From Candidatus Eiseniibacteriota bacterium (GTDB lineage Bacteria; Eisenbacteria; RBG-16-71-46; CAVPCR01), in assembly GCA_963823555.1 (NCBI GenBank), contig CAWGMA010000002.1, positions 1-64,000 on the forward strand: DNA of 64,000 bases, written 5' to 3'. The stretch's first letter is position 1, and each line of letters begins with the position of its first letter. The notes below the pieces were generated by a model. The model saw only the letters and a program-made list of their open reading frames with translations, did not search any database and was not told where the DNA came from. The translations under genes and the position numbers were made by a program. Shown one piece after another: positions 63,758-64,000 of this stretch.

Positions 63758-64000
63758 ATGAATGCCGCGCCACGTCCGGGTCGTCCCGGATTCATTCCGC
63801 CGCTTCCGGCGATGGCTCTCCTCCTGGCCGCTGTCGGCTGGCCGGCGCTGTGCGGGGCCGGATGGCTGGCGCTGCTGGCGGCCGGTCTGCCCGTTCCAGC
63901 CGCCGCCGAGATCGACTTCCCCCGTGCCCGCCACGATTTTGTCTCCGGGCGAGCGACCTATGATCTTACCGCCATCGACTTCGATGAGGATGGCGATCTG
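63758..64000 (+). CDS. 5' part of a secreted FG-GAP protein (runs off window; apparent frameshift near 63955)
   Basis: Signal-like N-terminus; AIDFDEDGDL in a shifted frame at the window end. Confidence 0.5.
   Translation, partial: MNAAPRPGRPGFIPPLPAMALLLAAVGWPALCGAGWLALLAAGLPVPAAAEIDFPRARHDFVSGRATYDLTAIDFDEDGDL

Noticed and set aside
1..64000. Integron integrase, attI or Pc in this window
   Set aside because: No tyrosine-recombinase ORF is present. The A-rich stretch before GTTAGCT 5016 only loosely resembles attI and has no adjacent intI.
1..64000. tRNA, rRNA or known riboswitch genes
   Set aside because: None was recognisable by eye; an Infernal/Rfam scan would be needed to exclude them.

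Overview
High-GC bacterial DNA in three parts. (1) About 1-31.4 kb is a long integron gene-cassette array. It has about 19 complete or near-complete attC sites plus several half or degenerate ones, and all cassette ORFs lie on the + strand. No integron integrase is visible in the window, so it lies upstream or this is a CALIN. IS3, ISL3 and IS256 elements or fragments interrupt it. Cassettes include two paralogous secreted FG-GAP-like proteins with a C-terminal FlgD-Ig/T9SS-like domain, a RelE/ParE toxin-antitoxin pair, two Mrr-type nucleases (one broken), a complete Hen1-Pnkp RNA repair operon, an HD/Mesh1-like hydrolase, a SulP plus beta-carbonic anhydrase pair, and several hydrolases and methyltransferases. 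(2) About 31.4-40.1 kb is a co-oriented run of cassette-like enzyme genes without intact attC sites. (3) About 40.2-64 kb is chromosomal backbone: mscS, rtcA, an FG-GAP/FlgD-Ig protein, a large duplicated-domain HNH protein behind a palindrome-covered promoter, udg-pdxA-ftsE-ftsX-envC, a degenerate tricorn-like lipoprotein, and a UbiA prenyltransferase/type III PKS/methyltransferase/flavoprotein cluster. The FlgD-Ig-tailed proteins suggest an Eisenbacteria/Latescibacterota/Krumholzibacteriota-like host (inference). Several single-base frameshifts may be long-read assembly errors. All family calls come from motif recognition, not database searches.
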